Assembly: GCA_028534125.1 (NCBI GenBank)
Contig: CM052818.1
Span: 28,894,001-28,958,000 of the forward strand
Direction of reading: 5' to 3'
Length of the DNA stretch: 64,000 nt
Source: Lama glama
Taxonomy: Eukaryota
Positions within the stretch are counted from its first letter, which is position 1, and the number at the start of each line of letters is the position of its first letter. Both the position numbers and the translations under genes were made by a program. Below the pieces are notes generated by a model, which was not told the DNA's origin, ran no database searches, and saw only the letters and a list, made by a program, of their open reading frames with translations. This document shows positions 13,587 to 27,809 of this stretch, in pieces.

Positions 13587-16500
13587 GTTAGAAATATGTT
13601 CAATTAGCATTTGAAAATATTTTTTCAGAACTTAGGGAAATGTTAGGGCTAGAAATCTAGATTTGGGATCCACCAGCTTTAGGTGATAGATTTATAAAAC
13701 ATAAGTACCTGAACAAATATGGTACTACTGGTGTCAGCAGTATCTCTTGCCATAGAATCACAAGACACAAATGGACAGAGCAATGTTTTGTGTGTTGGAT
13801 ACTGTTAACATTATCCCAAAGAGTAATGCTGGGTTACTTTGACTTTCCATTTAGGAAGCTCAGTTCCAGTTTCTATAATTTATGGTACAAGAGGACTAGA
13901 TGAGACTGCTTTCATTCCAACCATTTCAACATAAAAGGGAACCAATCTGTCATACAATAATGAAATTCTGTGTGTGTATGTGTGTATTAAAATACTTTAT
14001 ACCATCTTTTTCAATAAATGAGTGGGCTACGCAGCATCAAATATATTCAATTAATGTATTTCTCTTAAATGAGCATTTCATTTTCAGTCATGTGTTTCTA
14101 TCAGGATTCAGGTAGTTTCCTAAAAAGGAGTGTCTTATTCCAAAACAAAAAGATATTTATAGCTAAATTTTCCTCTGTGCCAGTGCATATTAGGGGAAAA
14201 CAGGCATCTAAAATAGGTATCTAATTAAGTAACTTTCCCTCTTCTCTGTCCCCACCTTTTCCTCTCAGAAAATTTATCTCTGTCCCCGTCAGTCATTTAC
14301 CCTTCCTTTGCTGGGGGCTTTCTCAAGTTGTCAGCAAAGAACAGCACTAAAGACTTGATCAGAGGATTAAGAAGGGACAGTAATACCCTAGCTGTTAAAG
14401 ACTGGGGATATGAAAACTAAGAAGGAACCAATCAACTTCTCTGATTTCTCAGAAGAACCCAGCCCTTGCAACTCAGACCCTCACCCTGCCACTCTGTCTC
14501 GGGCACATAGAGAATCTGACTTAACTCAGAAAACCTATGTTGAATGCCTGCTACATATGCTTACACTAACCCTCTTACTCTTCCTTCCCAATTTACTGAT
14601 AAAAATCTACTTAAAATAATATGTGGAGGACTGGTTTTAATATATTATACATGTGCACACACACAACATAGTGCATGCTATAAAATTTCACTTTCCTACC
14701 ATTAAAAATGTAATATATTGTATTTTTGTATGTCCGTTTAGCAGCAAATGAAGGTATATGCTATGAATAACACTGAATTTCACAGGGACCTTTTTCAATC
14801 AGGTAGAAAGGTACATTGTTGCCAGATGCTCATTTTATTTCAGATTTCTGTGTGCTGTAGTTTGCTAAGATTTTAAATCAACAATGATAACTACAAGAAG
14901 CCCCTGATAATAACGGCAGTATATATTACCGGTCATCTCACTCCACTTGCAAAAGCAATCTTGTAGCAGATGAAACACAGTATTATAATTAGAAATAGAT
15001 GGATTCAATAAATATTAAACAGTAATAGATATTATTCATTTAGCCATCTCCTTCTCAGAAGCACCTGCAGTTCAGGCTGATCCTAACATCTGACCCATGA
15101 AATTAAGACGAAACGGTGTTATTCAGAGAAAAGAGGAAGAGAATTTAACAGTTGTGGCTTTTTGAATTCCAGTATGCTTTTTGCAATTTCAGGTTGATGC
15201 TTCTTCCCCTCCTGCACCTGAATGGTAAAGAAGGAATGATAACTGGCAAAGGGACAAATGAACACATTTCAGTGAGTCCCATTTATAATTCTGAGTTACA
15301 GTTTATTATTTTGATAGAATCAGGCTTCAAGATCAGGTGTTCCAGGTAATCCAAACAAGCACACATTTTTAACTATTTTGACTGCATTTCCTAGTTATTT
15401 ACAATCTGTTTGACCAACTTGAGCATTTCTTTCAATTGAATTGACCAAACTGGTCAAGTCAGTCCAGTACCCCAGACCCCTGCTTTTTTCTTTTAGAGAA
15501 GACTTCCTTCCCTCCATCACAAAGAAACTTCAATAAACTCTATCTTTAATCAAGTCCATCTAGTCTTCTACTAGTCTCAATTTTGCCTCCAGGCTGCCTG
15601 GAGCAGCAGGGAGTAGGCCAAACTAGCTCTCTGCCAGCGAATCGGATAAACTAATCTGACGGAGATGAATGATTTTTAGGGACGTTTCTGTTTTGCCTTT
15701 TGGAAATGGATGCTAAAAGCAGCCCAGCATTTGGATACTGAAATAACTTGGGTCCCTTCTCAATGAAAAGTTGACCTTACATGACTCTCATGATAAATGT
15801 TCTTTAAATATTTTTCAATAAATAATAATAACGATAATACATAGCTCCATTTTTTTATTTCACCAGAACTAGGCATTGTATATATTCCCTAAACTAGCAG
15901 TCAAAGTCTCATTCAGCTTCTCAGAATTCTGCTGATAGAAAGGAGCTACTATTAAGCTGAAAAATCACTAAAATTTTTTCCAAGGTTTGATTTAGGGAAT
16001 CGCTTCCATCTGTGAGTGGCAAACTTATTCCTTCCTAGAAAATTCTCCCTTCCTCTAAAATTAAAGCATCCCTAGAGTACTTTAAAAACAGACAGCTGGC
16101 CTCAGGGTGTCTAATGCTTTTTTAAGTTATAACCCTCCTCAGAGGCCCTAGGGCCGGGTGCACGCTGATGATCTGCAGGCTCACTGGTCACCGTTCCACC
16201 AACTCCACCCCAGGCAGGTGCAAGGTGTTTCTAACCTTGCTCAGCAGCCCTTCTGATCCAGCTTGTGTTAAAGCCTTAGGGTGTGAATGTGTTCAGAAGG
16301 TAACAGCTCATGGATATATGCAGGTCCCTAGTGTCAGACTAAACTCAGGGCACAGTAGAGGAAGAAAAGAGCTGAAAATCTGGAAAAGGTGGACAAAAGT
16401 AAAGTCCAGGTTCAAAGGACAAGAGTAAGTCAAAGAAGAGTTAGGGATTCCATCATAGGTGAAGACTGAGTCAAGACCAAAACCAATAATTAACCAAAGA

Positions 16501-18539
16501 TCATGAAGAAATGAAAGGAGGGCAAGGATATGGGTTCAAGGGCATGGGAAAGCAGTCAGACATGAGAATAAGGAAATCTGGGTTTAATTTCTCTCTACTC
16601 TAGGCCTCATTTTCCATGACTGTAAAATGAATTTCTGAAATGAAATTATCTCATTTAGATGCTATGAGTCTATAAAGGCCATACAGATAGTCAAAGTCAT
16701 ACACACTGCACTATTCAGAGACCAAAGCAGGACAATGAGCTGGAGCCAATTAAGTAATGAGCTCAAATATACATGAAAACACCACCACTTTGAAACCAAG
16801 TAAAAGCCTGCCTCAGAGAATCTCTCATATGTGTCTTGTTATCTGCATCCTTCCAGATACTCTACAAGGCATTGTAGAAGATCCTAGGAATAAAACTCTT
16901 GCTCCTTTCCCTCCAAAATGTTGCATTTTTAAACAATTACATAAGCTAGATAGCTCAGAAAAGCAGTAACTGAAATGGCAAAAGATACTGCTCTAGACAT
17001 GTATGGGAGAGAGCCCAGTACTTCTGTGATTATGGTGCCTCAGGTCCACATGGTTGATTAGCTCTAGATGAGTTGCTTTCCAAGGAAACACTCAGCATGT
17101 GCTAACTCCCAATCTTAGCAAAGACAAGCAGAAGCTTGGGTTTATCTGGCATTTTCTATTGTCAGAAGCTTAAAACCCTTCCATTGACCTTTGTAGCTCC
17201 TGCCAACCTCCAAATACATTGTATTGATTGGATCCTATAAAACATCTGAACCAGACTATAGCCTCAGGTATCGCACCCAGACAACAGTAAGGTATCACTG
17301 GGTCAATACTTCAAGTTTAGGTCAGAAGTGGGTCTTGCCCATTAGAAGGCAATCATTACTATGAACTTAGACATTTATTCTCCCCTACCAGTAATCAACA
17401 AGCCATTGAGTATATACCCTGCTAAGACTGGAAATGAACACAATGCATGAGTTCAGATTTCAGGCGGGGTCAAAGGCTGAGAGGCCAGAAATAGAGTGTT
17501 GGTCCCATTGTGCGAAGGTGAAGCTCTGAGGAAGGAAAAAATCTACTGCCCACTTCACTTTTATCCTAAGCCTGCAGTGCTGATTATGGCCACAAGAATG
17601 TCAAAGGCAAATTAATTCTGCTCCTGACTGACTTGGAAAAAGAAGCTAGGATTTCACAACATCAGGTGAGAGTTTCCTGAGTTCCCAGAGTTTTGCAATT
17701 CTGGTGAGAGTTTCACTTTTTTTTCCCTTCGTGGTATCCCCTTCTTAAGGCACAGATATGTTGTCCAGTTGTATGAATGGCAACAAAACTCTAGTATCAG
17801 AAATACTTAGAGAACTAAGGATTCCAGATACTTTTCAAGCTCATCATATTTCTGTTGGTCCAAGATCCCACTTGGAATCTTAGAAAATATCTCCACTGGA
17901 AACCCTATCATCTTTCACAAACTACCTACTTGCAAGTTTGTCAGCCACAACATAACATGGGGAGGTTTTAAAAAGATTTGTTTTACTTAGTTTTTTAACG
18001 AAGCAAGAAATTTGATACTATGAAATGGAGAGATCATATTGGTTTAAAGTTAATGGTGTTTTATAATAAGATATGCCCAGCATCATTCACAGCTAGTTGG
18101 GCTAAAGACCTTTAGATTTGAGAGTCTGCCATCTACTGAATATCTTTTTCTCAGTAAGTCAATAAGCTGCCCTCAGATGAGAATAATGATCTTTTTATGG
18201 TATGTTTCCTTTTATGTGCAAGCGTGGCCATTGTCAGCTACCTGCTTTCTGCTGACCTGGAGCCTCCTGCTAATGAGTTGCACATCTGTTTCATGTTGGA
18301 GCCATTGGTCCTCTGGCCTGATGGTCCCGCGTATCACAGAGAGGCTTATAGCTTCCTCCAAACCCCACCCTCACCCCATCCAAAATACTGTGCACTGAAA
18401 ATTGTTAATCAAAAGTTTTGGAACTTCCTTTCTGATCTGTGGCTGGACAGGGTCATAGACTGCATTTACCCTGTTTGGAGGGGGCCAGTGCCTTTAATTC
18501 CACAAGATATAGTCAGTGAAGTCTCACAACTGTACTAGA

Positions 18540-18880
18540 TGTCAAAGATACCATCTGTTCCTCCGTACTTCTTGTGAGGCGAGTTGTGCTCACCTCACAA
18601 CTTAAGTATCAAGACATAGCTCTTCCCCTTCCATATCATGGCAAAGCTTATTAGAACTAGAAGTGATCACCTGACCCAAGCTTGGCCAATCAAATTTCTT
18701 CTTATGAGAATTTGGAACTGGAACACAGAGCTTCTAGCCAAAACGCTCTGGGTACTTGAGCCTGGTGGTCATATAATCCGCTTTCTACATTACAAGAGTA
18801 AACAACTAAAGAGAAACAAAATTGGTGGATACAGAGCTGAGATGTAATGCACAATGAAAGAAATAGAGAAATCAATGTCA
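18540..18880 (+). mobile_element. old MLT1 (MLT1K-like) LTR fragment
   Basis: cacctgacccaagcttggccaatcaaatttctt...gaatttggaactgg. Confidence 0.5.
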
Positions 18881-18899
18881 ACTAAGTTCCTGAACTTTG

Positions 18900-19190
18900 G
18901 CTCATGTTACACCTGGGGTCACCTGGGAGACTGTGTTCATTGGGATCTTTGAAGCCCACAAGCTAATGAGAGATTCATCTCGACACATACTTTCCAGATA
19001 ACTGAAATAGGAAAAGGAAAGGTAGAAAAGAGCACACCAGCTCTATTTTCCACCCCAAAGTGACAATGTCACATCTGCTTACATTTCATTAGCAATACCA
19101 AGTCACATAGCTCTAACTTCAAAGGGTGTGAGAAAGTGAAATCATACCATGTTCCCAGAGGGAAGAAAAATTTAATATGACTTCTGTGAT
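18900..19190 (-). mobile_element. old MLT1 LTR fragment
   Basis: gtcacatctgcttacatttcattagcaataccaagtcacatagctctaacttcaaaggg. Confidence 0.55.
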
Positions 19191-19234
19191 ATCCTTAGGC
19201 TTTTTCCCCTCCAAATAAAAAAATATAACCATCT

Positions 19235-19850
19235 TTCTTGGCTTCCTGCTCTTCTCTGAAACTGTTCTTACCATGGTCACTAGTGATTGATGTGTTTTTA
19301 AATCCAATTAACACTTTTTAGTCCTTATTTTACTTTCTCTTCCATCTATACCTCTCTCTCTCACTCTCCAACATTTGCTCCTATAAATTATTCCCTAACC
19401 TAATCATTTTCTCCAGCTTAGGCTTCCATGATATCACTGTTTCCCTCCCATATCCTTATCCATTTATTCTCCTTTTTCTTATTATTACATCCACACATCC
19501 AAGCTCTCCCTATGGCCCACTAAAATCTGTTCCTCCTTATTCCTTAGTGAATTACACCACCATTCCCTAGTCACTCAAATCAAAACTCTTGAGAGTCATC
19601 AGTAGCTTCCTCCTTTCCTTCTTCTACCCTATATTTCTGATTACCAGATCCACACTATGATTTCTCACTTGGTTTACTATAACAGCCTCCTAAAGGTTCT
19701 CCTGCCACCAGCATTAGCCCATGCATCTTATTCTGCACAGATAATTAGGTTCATCTTTCTCAATATAATTATGTCACTCTTTCGCTTAAAACCTTAAAAA
19801 CGTTTCTAAATGCCTTGGGGTACGGTCCAAAATCCTTCTAGTCTTCATAC
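19235..19850 (+). mobile_element. L2 LINE fragment
   Basis: Pyrimidine-rich L2 motifs: ggcttccatgatatcactgtt, caccaccattccctagtcactcaa, ctataacagcctcctaaaggttctcctgcc, atgtcactctttcgcttaaaacc. Confidence 0.7.
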
Positions 19851-21317
19851 CAATGTTAGTTAGGTTTAACTTTTACTTTTGCTCTTATAGAATTTTGCTC
19901 ATTTTACCATTTCAATCAAATCCTGACAAAATATTGGTTACACAATGCTAACCCTTCCTCTAGAATTATGCTGGAAAGCAAACTTCCAAATTTTAATTTC
20001 TAAATCATATAAATCACCATGTTTAGATTACTGCAACCTCTAACAATCTGAGCATACATAATGGCTGTTTCATTTTTTTTTAAATCTCAGCATAAATCAA
20101 GTTTATGTGGTAACATAACAGCTTCTGAGAGGAAGTGGCAATTCTGAGTAACTGAGGCCCTCAAGGTCATGTACACCTCTGCAATTGAAGGACTCCCTAG
20201 TCTGATATCTCCTATTCTCTTATTACCCTTAGATAATTTGATAATTATATTATTTGAATGGTATGACAAAGAAGTTAGAATAGTCAAGGAAAGATTGCAT
20301 TCCAATAAATGCATTCTAAAGAATACTGCTTAGACAAAAATAGATTTGTAAAGGGAAATTGGGCTTTTAAAATATCACTATATTGATTTTATTCAAATTT
20401 CCTGGGTACAGAAATAATCTTTCACTAGAAAAAAACTGTCAAGGTGTTGAGAATTTAAGGGAGAAAGCCTAGGATTTGAGATTAGATTAGCTCTGAGATC
20501 TAACTTCAAATTTTCTGAACTTGCTTAGTTTTTTCCTTTTTTATAGTATTTGGATAATACCCACCACCATAGGATTTTTATAAGAATTTGTGAGATTTTT
20601 ATGAGGCTTAAGTAATAAATATAAGCATAGCAAATAAATATAATAGAAATAATCAATAAATATAGTAACAAATATAAAGTATGTAAGATTGTGACTGGTA
20701 CCACTTAAGATTTTAAAAATCTACTCTTTATAGCTTGAAGCTGGATAGGGCTAGACAGAAAGCCCTGCATCTACAGATACGGTTTTGTCTATTTAACATA
20801 TTATTATCTTCAACTCCAATTAGCAATTTCTCTGACTCTCTCATACCTGGCCTAGCTACATCCTTAACTTGATTCCTTTTTCTCTTGCCTGTCATGATTT
20901 CTGATAACCCTTCCCACCACTACTCACCCTTCTCTTTACTCCCACTCTCAACACACCCAAGGAAAGCTTTTTGCATCTGGTCTCAGTCATGCTCACTTGG
21001 AAAGTCCTCTACTGCCCCCAGCAGTCATATGACACAATGCCCACAACCTCCAGAGGAAATTCTCTCCCAATAAACCATGAAAATTTGGTTTGCACTGGGT
21101 TCTAGTAAAAGGAAAATTAATCTGAATTTTATAACAGCAAAAATAAAGAAAATATATTGTGTTTTACGAATTTTTATGGGTAGACAATACCACTGTATCC
21201 TGAAGCGTGTTTTTAAGGTAATATCTGGGAGTGGAAGAGAGACTCTTAATTAAAGCAAACTTTTTCATTACAAAGAAGACAGGGCCTTTTGATGAATTCC
21301 AAAAACAGATTCTATAA

Positions 21318-21679
21318 TGGCCTTGGATTTATTCAAGCTGCTGTAACAAAATGCCATCACCTAGGTGCCTTAAACAACAAATATTTTTCGTAACTCTCGA
21401 GGCTTGGAGGTCCAAGATCAGGGTGCCAACATATGTGGTGTCTAACGGGACACCACTTCCTGGTTCACAGACAACCATTTTCACTGTGTCCTCACATGGT
21501 GGGAGGAACGAGGAAGCCCTCAAGGGTCTCTCTTTATAAGGACACTAATTTCATTCATGAGGGTTCCACTCTCATGACCTAATCACCTCCCCAAAGCCCC
21601 ACTTCCAAATAATACCTCATCGGGAATTAGGTTTCAACAAATGTTGAAATGGGGAAACAAAAACATAAAGCCTATGGTA
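21318..21679 (-). mobile_element. MLT1A solo LTR
   Basis: gctgctgtaacaaaatgccat...ggaggtccaagatcagggtgcc...ctcatgacctaatcacctccccaaagccccac; ~360 bp; similar to copies at 57362, 60554, 62276. Confidence 0.9.
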
Positions 21680-21769
21680 ACTTCGAAGTGACATAATAAA
21701 TTGGGATAGTGTGCATCCTGTTGAATTTGTAGCTCAGTACTCCCCCCAAAAAGGAGACAAGGAGGGAGA

Positions 21770-22000
21770 AAATTATGCAGAACAGTGATTAAGAATTTTG
21801 AAGTCAAACTGATCTGACTTTGATCTCCTTGAAAACCAGCAACTTTGGACAAGATATTTAAACTGTCTAAACTGGATTTTCCTCTAGAAAAGAGAAATAA
21901 TAACAATACCTACTTCATAGCATTATTCCAAGTATCAAATGTGCTAATATATTATATGTCTTTCATCATAGTGCCAAGACATAGCTCTATTACTATTTTA
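21770..22000 (+). mobile_element. MIR SINE
   Basis: cagtgattaagaattttgaagtcaaact...actttggacaagatatttaaactgtcta...aataataacaatacctacttcatag. Confidence 0.7.
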
Positions 22001-24488
22001 AATGATCTTCAGGAATTTTTATCTCGCTTTTATGGAACTTGATGAATGGGTAGAAATAACTGAACTATGTAGTTTTATTGAGTAAAGCCCATCAGACACT
22101 GCTATACCTGTAAGCTACAGTATCTGAACAAAGAGCAAATAGGTCAGAAATGTTTTCAGATACTACCTTACAACTTCTACTTGAATTTTAAACTTATTAT
22201 TCATTTAAAACGCTTTCTAAGGTAATGAAAAGCCCTTAGTACAACAAACACCATGATCTTTTTATTGTGATTGTATCAGAATTTCTGGCTCCTTTATGAA
22301 GAAAGTGAACCAATTTTCAAACGGATGTTTTGTGTGAGTGTGTATTATGTTTACAAATATATTAGTTATAAAGTAACAAAGCCAGGAAGTCTCTGTGAAT
22401 AAGCAGGATGGCAGGGTTTATACAGCTAATATAGTCATTAGAGCCACACTACAGAATTGAGAGAGGAACTGGTTGTAGTTAATGTACTGTAAGTGATTTT
22501 CCATCACACTTCAGTCTCTTTATGCCAGATTCACTCACCTTTTTACTATTTCTATACCAGATGATTTTTTCAAATATTTAAACAGAGGAGCCACCTACAT
22601 CAAGTGCATATCTCAGGATATTTGCAGGACAGCTTTTCTCCCCTTTATCCTTGTTCCCAGCTCCCATATGCTTGGCTCCCTGTACTTCCTTCTCCTGAGT
22701 TTCTCTCAACATTTGGACTCTAACTCTTCTAACTGGTTGTTGATTTAATTTAAACTCAAGGTCTCAGGCCCTGGAACCCCTACCTTCACTCAAAATCACA
22801 CTGACCCAGCTCTCCTCTTCCTTCATAGGAGCATACATAACAGTAAATTCAAGATGACATTATTAAATGTCATATGATAGACATGGACAGGAAGAATGTT
22901 GTAAATAATTCCTATGCTGTCATTATCCTCATACAAGCAACTTTTAAAATTTACAGCAAAATACACAGTGTTACAAGGGACATGCCCAAATTTAATCTTA
23001 ATCCTCTGTCCTAGAGGAGTCCACTGTCTTGTTGGGGAGATTAGATGTAAGCACAGACAAGTTGGAAAAAATCCATACAGCATTTAAATAAGGGTTCGAG
23101 ACAACTGAGAAATCTCTGCTTCTGGCCAGATGTAGACTCCAGCCTGAAACAACAAAAAATGACAAAATATTTTTAGAATTGTTTTCATGATATGGGGTAT
23201 CACGCAATGAAGGACAATGATCACTGAAAGCCAAAAAAAAAAAAAATTAAGGTGATACCTATAGTTGCTCCAGCTTATTTCCTTAAGAAAGTTTTAAACC
23301 ATGGTGCAGGTAGAGGGAATCTAGGCAGAGCACAGTGTACCCTGTAACTTGATGAAACAGAGGTACAAGTCTGAAGAAATTTCTTGGGACAGTGAACCAG
23401 GGAAAAGAAAGATGCACAGAGAAAGAATTCCCAAGCTTGCAAAGGGAACACTCAGTGTTCAGCTGAGTAATAACTGGCATATGTATATGAAGAACCTATG
23501 TGAAGCTGAGGAAAGAGTTACCCAAAAGGATTAGATGTGACAGTCCCAAACACTCACACAAGGCCAGGAAGAGAGCTTGTTCCCACCAGCCAGAATGAAA
23601 ACCCTTATGATTCACTGAACTTTGGGCAGACTACACAGAAGGTCTTGTCTTACTAATGGGGAATAATTCTCCTTAGACTGAGAAGTGCTACAGTTACACC
23701 CAACCAACCATAAATGCAGGATCTGAAGAAATCAAACTTTTATAAATAACTCAGATATATTTCAGAACAAAATACAGGAATATTTATAGAAATAAAAAAT
23801 ATTTTTCTAAATTAAAAAAAATATTTTTATTTCTGTAACTACCAAAGAAGCTAACATTTACAACATATGGAATACAATAACAAATTACTAGACCAGAAAA
23901 ATGAGATGGAAAATATAATTTAAAATACATTTTAAATGTTATCAATCAAAAATGACTCAGAATTGGTACATACGTTGAAATTAGAAAACAAGGACATTAA
24001 AACAGCTATATATCATACATTCAGAAATGTAAGTAGAGAGGAGAAAGAAAGAGAAAAAGAGCAAAATCAAGCCTTTAAATGTGAAAATACAACGTGTGAG
24101 ATGAAAACAGACTGGATAAGATTAAGAGCAGGTTTGACACCGAAGAAAAAAAGATTAATGAAATTGAATACACAGCAATAAAACTGTCCAAAATGAAATA
24201 AAGAGAAGTTTTTTAAATGAACAGTGCATCCATGAAATGTAGGACAAAGTCAAGCAGCCTAATATATGTATAACTAGAGTCTGTGGGTTTGGAGGTGGAA
24301 AAATTTTTCAAAAAAAATAATGGTTATATTTGAAAAAAACAAACTGGTGAAAACTGTAAATCCATCGATCTAAGAGGTTAAGAGACTGCAAGCACAAGAA
24401 ACTGAAAAAAAAATGCCAAAGTATATGATAATCAAACTACTTAAAAATCAGAGATAAAGAAAACATATTAAAAAGTAGCCAGAGAGGG

Positions 24489-24756
24489 GAAGGGGAGGAG
24501 GGTGGGAAGGGATAGACTGGGAATTCAAACATTTGTAGATACTAACAGGCATATGAAGAACAGATAAACAAGATTATACTGTATAGCACAGGGAAGTATA
24601 TACAAGATCTTGTGGTAGCTCACAGTGAAAAAAAAATGTGACAATGAATATATGTATGTATATTCATGTATAATTGAAAAATTGTGTTCTACACTGGAAT
24701 TTGATGCAACACTGTAAAATAACTATAACTCAATAAAAAAATGTAAAAAGAAAAAA
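24489..24756 (+). mobile_element. Young 5'-truncated L1 3'UTR with poly(A) and target-site duplication
   Basis: Flanked by identical aaaagtagccagagaggg (24471-24488 and 24757-24774); AATAAA plus A-tail; inserted at TT|AAAA. Confidence 0.92.
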
Positions 24757-25458
24757 AAAAGTAGCCAGAGAGGGTAAAAGTTGTATTATACACAAAGGGA
24801 TAAAAAATAAGAATGACAGCTGATTTCTTATCTAGAAACAATGCAAACAAAAACTCAGTGAAACAGAATCTGTCAATCTAAAATTCAATACTTAGGGAAA
24901 ATTTCCTTCAAAAAAGATAAAACAAAGACTTTGGCAGAAAACTGAAAGAATTCATCACCAGCATCTCATTATTACAATAAATGTTAAGGAAAGTCCTTCA
25001 GACAGAAAGAAAATGATGGAAATAAAGATTTGCACAAGAAATAAAGAGCACCAAAGACTGGTAATAAAATAGGGAAATATACTGTTCTTATTATTTTCAA
25101 TCTCTTTTAAAAGATAATTAAATATTTAAATAAAAATAAGAAGATTGAGCAAGGTTTATAACAATTATAAATTAAAATGCATGACAACAAAACCACAAAA
25201 GTTAGGAGGGGAGAAAAAGACATATACTGTCAAAAAGTTCATGTAATATTCAAGAAGTAGTAAAATTTTACCTGAAGGTAGAAAATGATAAAGTAAAGAT
25301 GTATAATATAAAACCTAAAGCAACTACTATAATTAATAAAAAGCTATAGCCAATAAGTCAACAATATAGATAAAGTAGAATCATTAAAAAATTAAATTAA
25401 TCCAACAAAAGGAAGATAATAAGGGAAATAAGGAATAAAAAAAATGAATAAGACAAAT

Positions 25459-25518
25459 AGAAAGAAAATAACAAGATGATCAGTTTAAAGAAAGAAAATA
25501 ACAAGATGATCAGTTTAA
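25459..25518. repeat. Perfect 30-bp tandem duplication
   Basis: agaaagaaaataacaagatgatcagtttaa x2. Confidence 0.95.
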
Positions 25519-27507
25519 ACCAAGCCATATCTATAAATACAGACTTTTTTTGAAGGCACAACTATATACTGCAACAAGAATGTATGTATTAAAAATAAAC
25601 AAATTAAATACATTAAATATAAAGAAACAAGTAGATTAAAAGTAAAAATATGAACATATACCACATTAATATCAATCAAAAGAAAGCAGGAATCTTTGCA
25701 TTAATATCAAAGTATATTTCAGAGCAAAGGTAACTAGTAGGGATAAAGAGGATCATTTCACAATTATAAGTGAGTATTAATCAACAGGCATGACATTCCT
25801 AAAAATGTATGCACCCAATAACAGAGGTTCAAAATATGCAAAGCAAAAATTGATTGAGCTTCCAAGAGAAATAGAAAACCCCACAATTACAGCTGGATAG
25901 TTCAACCTCACTCCCAATAATTTATAGAATATACACAAAATAAGTTAGGATTTAGAAGATTTGAATAACACTATGAGCCAGCTTGACCTAACTGACTTTT
26001 ATAGAACACTTCACCAAACAACAGCAGAATATACATTCAACAGCACACAGAATATTTACCTATATTGACCATATTCTAGACCACAAAATAAGTCACAATA
26101 ACGTATAGGATCCAATTCATACAAAGTATGTTGTTTAATCACGATATTAAATTAGAAATCAGTAACAGATTAATAAAGATCAATAAAGAGCTCTAGAAAA
26201 TCCCAATGTATTTGAGAACTAAAAAACATACTTCCAAATACCCTAGGGATCAAAAAAGCAATCAAAGACTCTATTAGAACGTATTTTAAATGGGATGAAA
26301 ATGAAAACACAACATATCAACATCTCAAAATTTGTGGTACATTCCTTAGTAGGAAATTCATGGCACTAAATATTTATTTTAGAAAAGATGAATGGAATCA
26401 AATTATTGACTTCAAGTTCCACCTTAAGCATCTAGAAAAACAAGAACTAATTAAACCCAAAGTAATTACAAAGAAAGCACTAATAAATATCAAAGTGAAA
26501 ATTAGTAAAAATAGAAAAATGAAATTGAACCAAATTCTGGTTCTTTGAGAAGATCAATTCAATTGGTAAACCTCTACTCAAACATATTGGGGGGGAAAAA
26601 GACAAATTAGTAGCATCTGGAATGAAAGAACTGACATTACTATAAATTCTACAGATACTAAAGAACAATAAGGAAATATGAAAAACTTTATGCCATGAAA
26701 TACACAAACTACTAAATCTCACACAAGAAGAAACAAGTAACCCTAGTATCCACATACCTACTAAAGAAACTGCATTTGTAGTTAAAACCTTTCAATAAAA
26801 TAAACTTCAAGCTCAGACGATTCAATGGTTATATCTACCAGGTTTTTAAGAAAGAAACAATATCAATTCTATAAACACTCTTCCATAAAACTGAAGAAGA
26901 GGGGATACAGTCCAACTCATTCTATGAGGCCACTGTCAGTCTGATACCAAGAAATAACAAAGTCGTAACAATAAAAGAAAACTAATGACTAATATCCTTC
27001 ATGAATATTGGTGCAAATATTCTAAATAAAAATTTAACTAATAGAATATATAGAATATACAGAAAGGATAATATATCATGGCCAAATGGGGTTTACCCCA
27101 AGGATGAAAGGTTAGTTTGACAATCAAAAAATGAATCAATATAAAAAACATTTCTAAGAATCAATAAAATTCATTATTTTAATAAACTATATATATATAT
27201 ATATAAAATTTTTATAGATGTAGAAAAAGCATTTCCTAAAATTCAACACTCATTCCTGATTTGAAAAAAACTCTCAGCCAAAATGCAATAGGAGTTGACT
27301 TCCTGAATCCAAATAAAGGAATCTAGCAAAAACTTAAAGCTAATATAATTAATGGTGATAAAATATACTCCTTTTCAAAGATTAAGAAAAATACAAAGAT
27401 GACCACTCTCAGCACTTCTATTATACATTGTACTGAAGGTTCTATTTACTATCATAAGGCAAGAAAAAGAAGCAAAAGGAATGCATATTGGAAAGGAAGA
27501 AGTAAAA

Positions 27508-27736
27508 CCCAGTACCTGTGACTGTGACCTCTTTTGGAAATAGGGCCTTTGCAGATGTAAATCAAGCCTGGATGAGGTCAAACTGGATTAGGGTGGGCCC
27601 TCATTCAATGACTGTCACCCTTATAATAGGAGGGAAGTTAGGACACAGACACACAGGGAAGGAGGATATGTGAAATGCAGGCAGAAATCAGAGTAATGCA
27701 ACTACAAGCTAAAGAACACCAACGATTGCCAGCAAC
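27508..27736 (+). mobile_element. MLT1B/C LTR fragment
   Basis: gtgacctcttttggaaatagggcctttgcagatgtaa...ggattagggtgggccct...gattgccagcaac. Confidence 0.85.
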
Positions 27737-27809
27737 TTCTACCTGTGTGGGGCACAATTTCTGTAGTTATTGAAGGGCAAATCCAAAATATAAAAAGCAG
27801 AAAATCAAT

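Larger units (their letters stand above)
23113..27508 (+). mobile_element. Old decayed L1 (L1M-type): 5' region, ORF1, ORF2 endonuclease and first part of RT
   Basis: Degenerate ORF1 motifs (ataagaatgacagctgatttc, ~IRMTADF); ORF2 motifs YAPN (~25808), IDHIL (~26064), PNSFYEA (~26910), DxEKAF (~27216) and GKEEVK (~27490); many stops and frameshifts. Confidence 0.9.
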
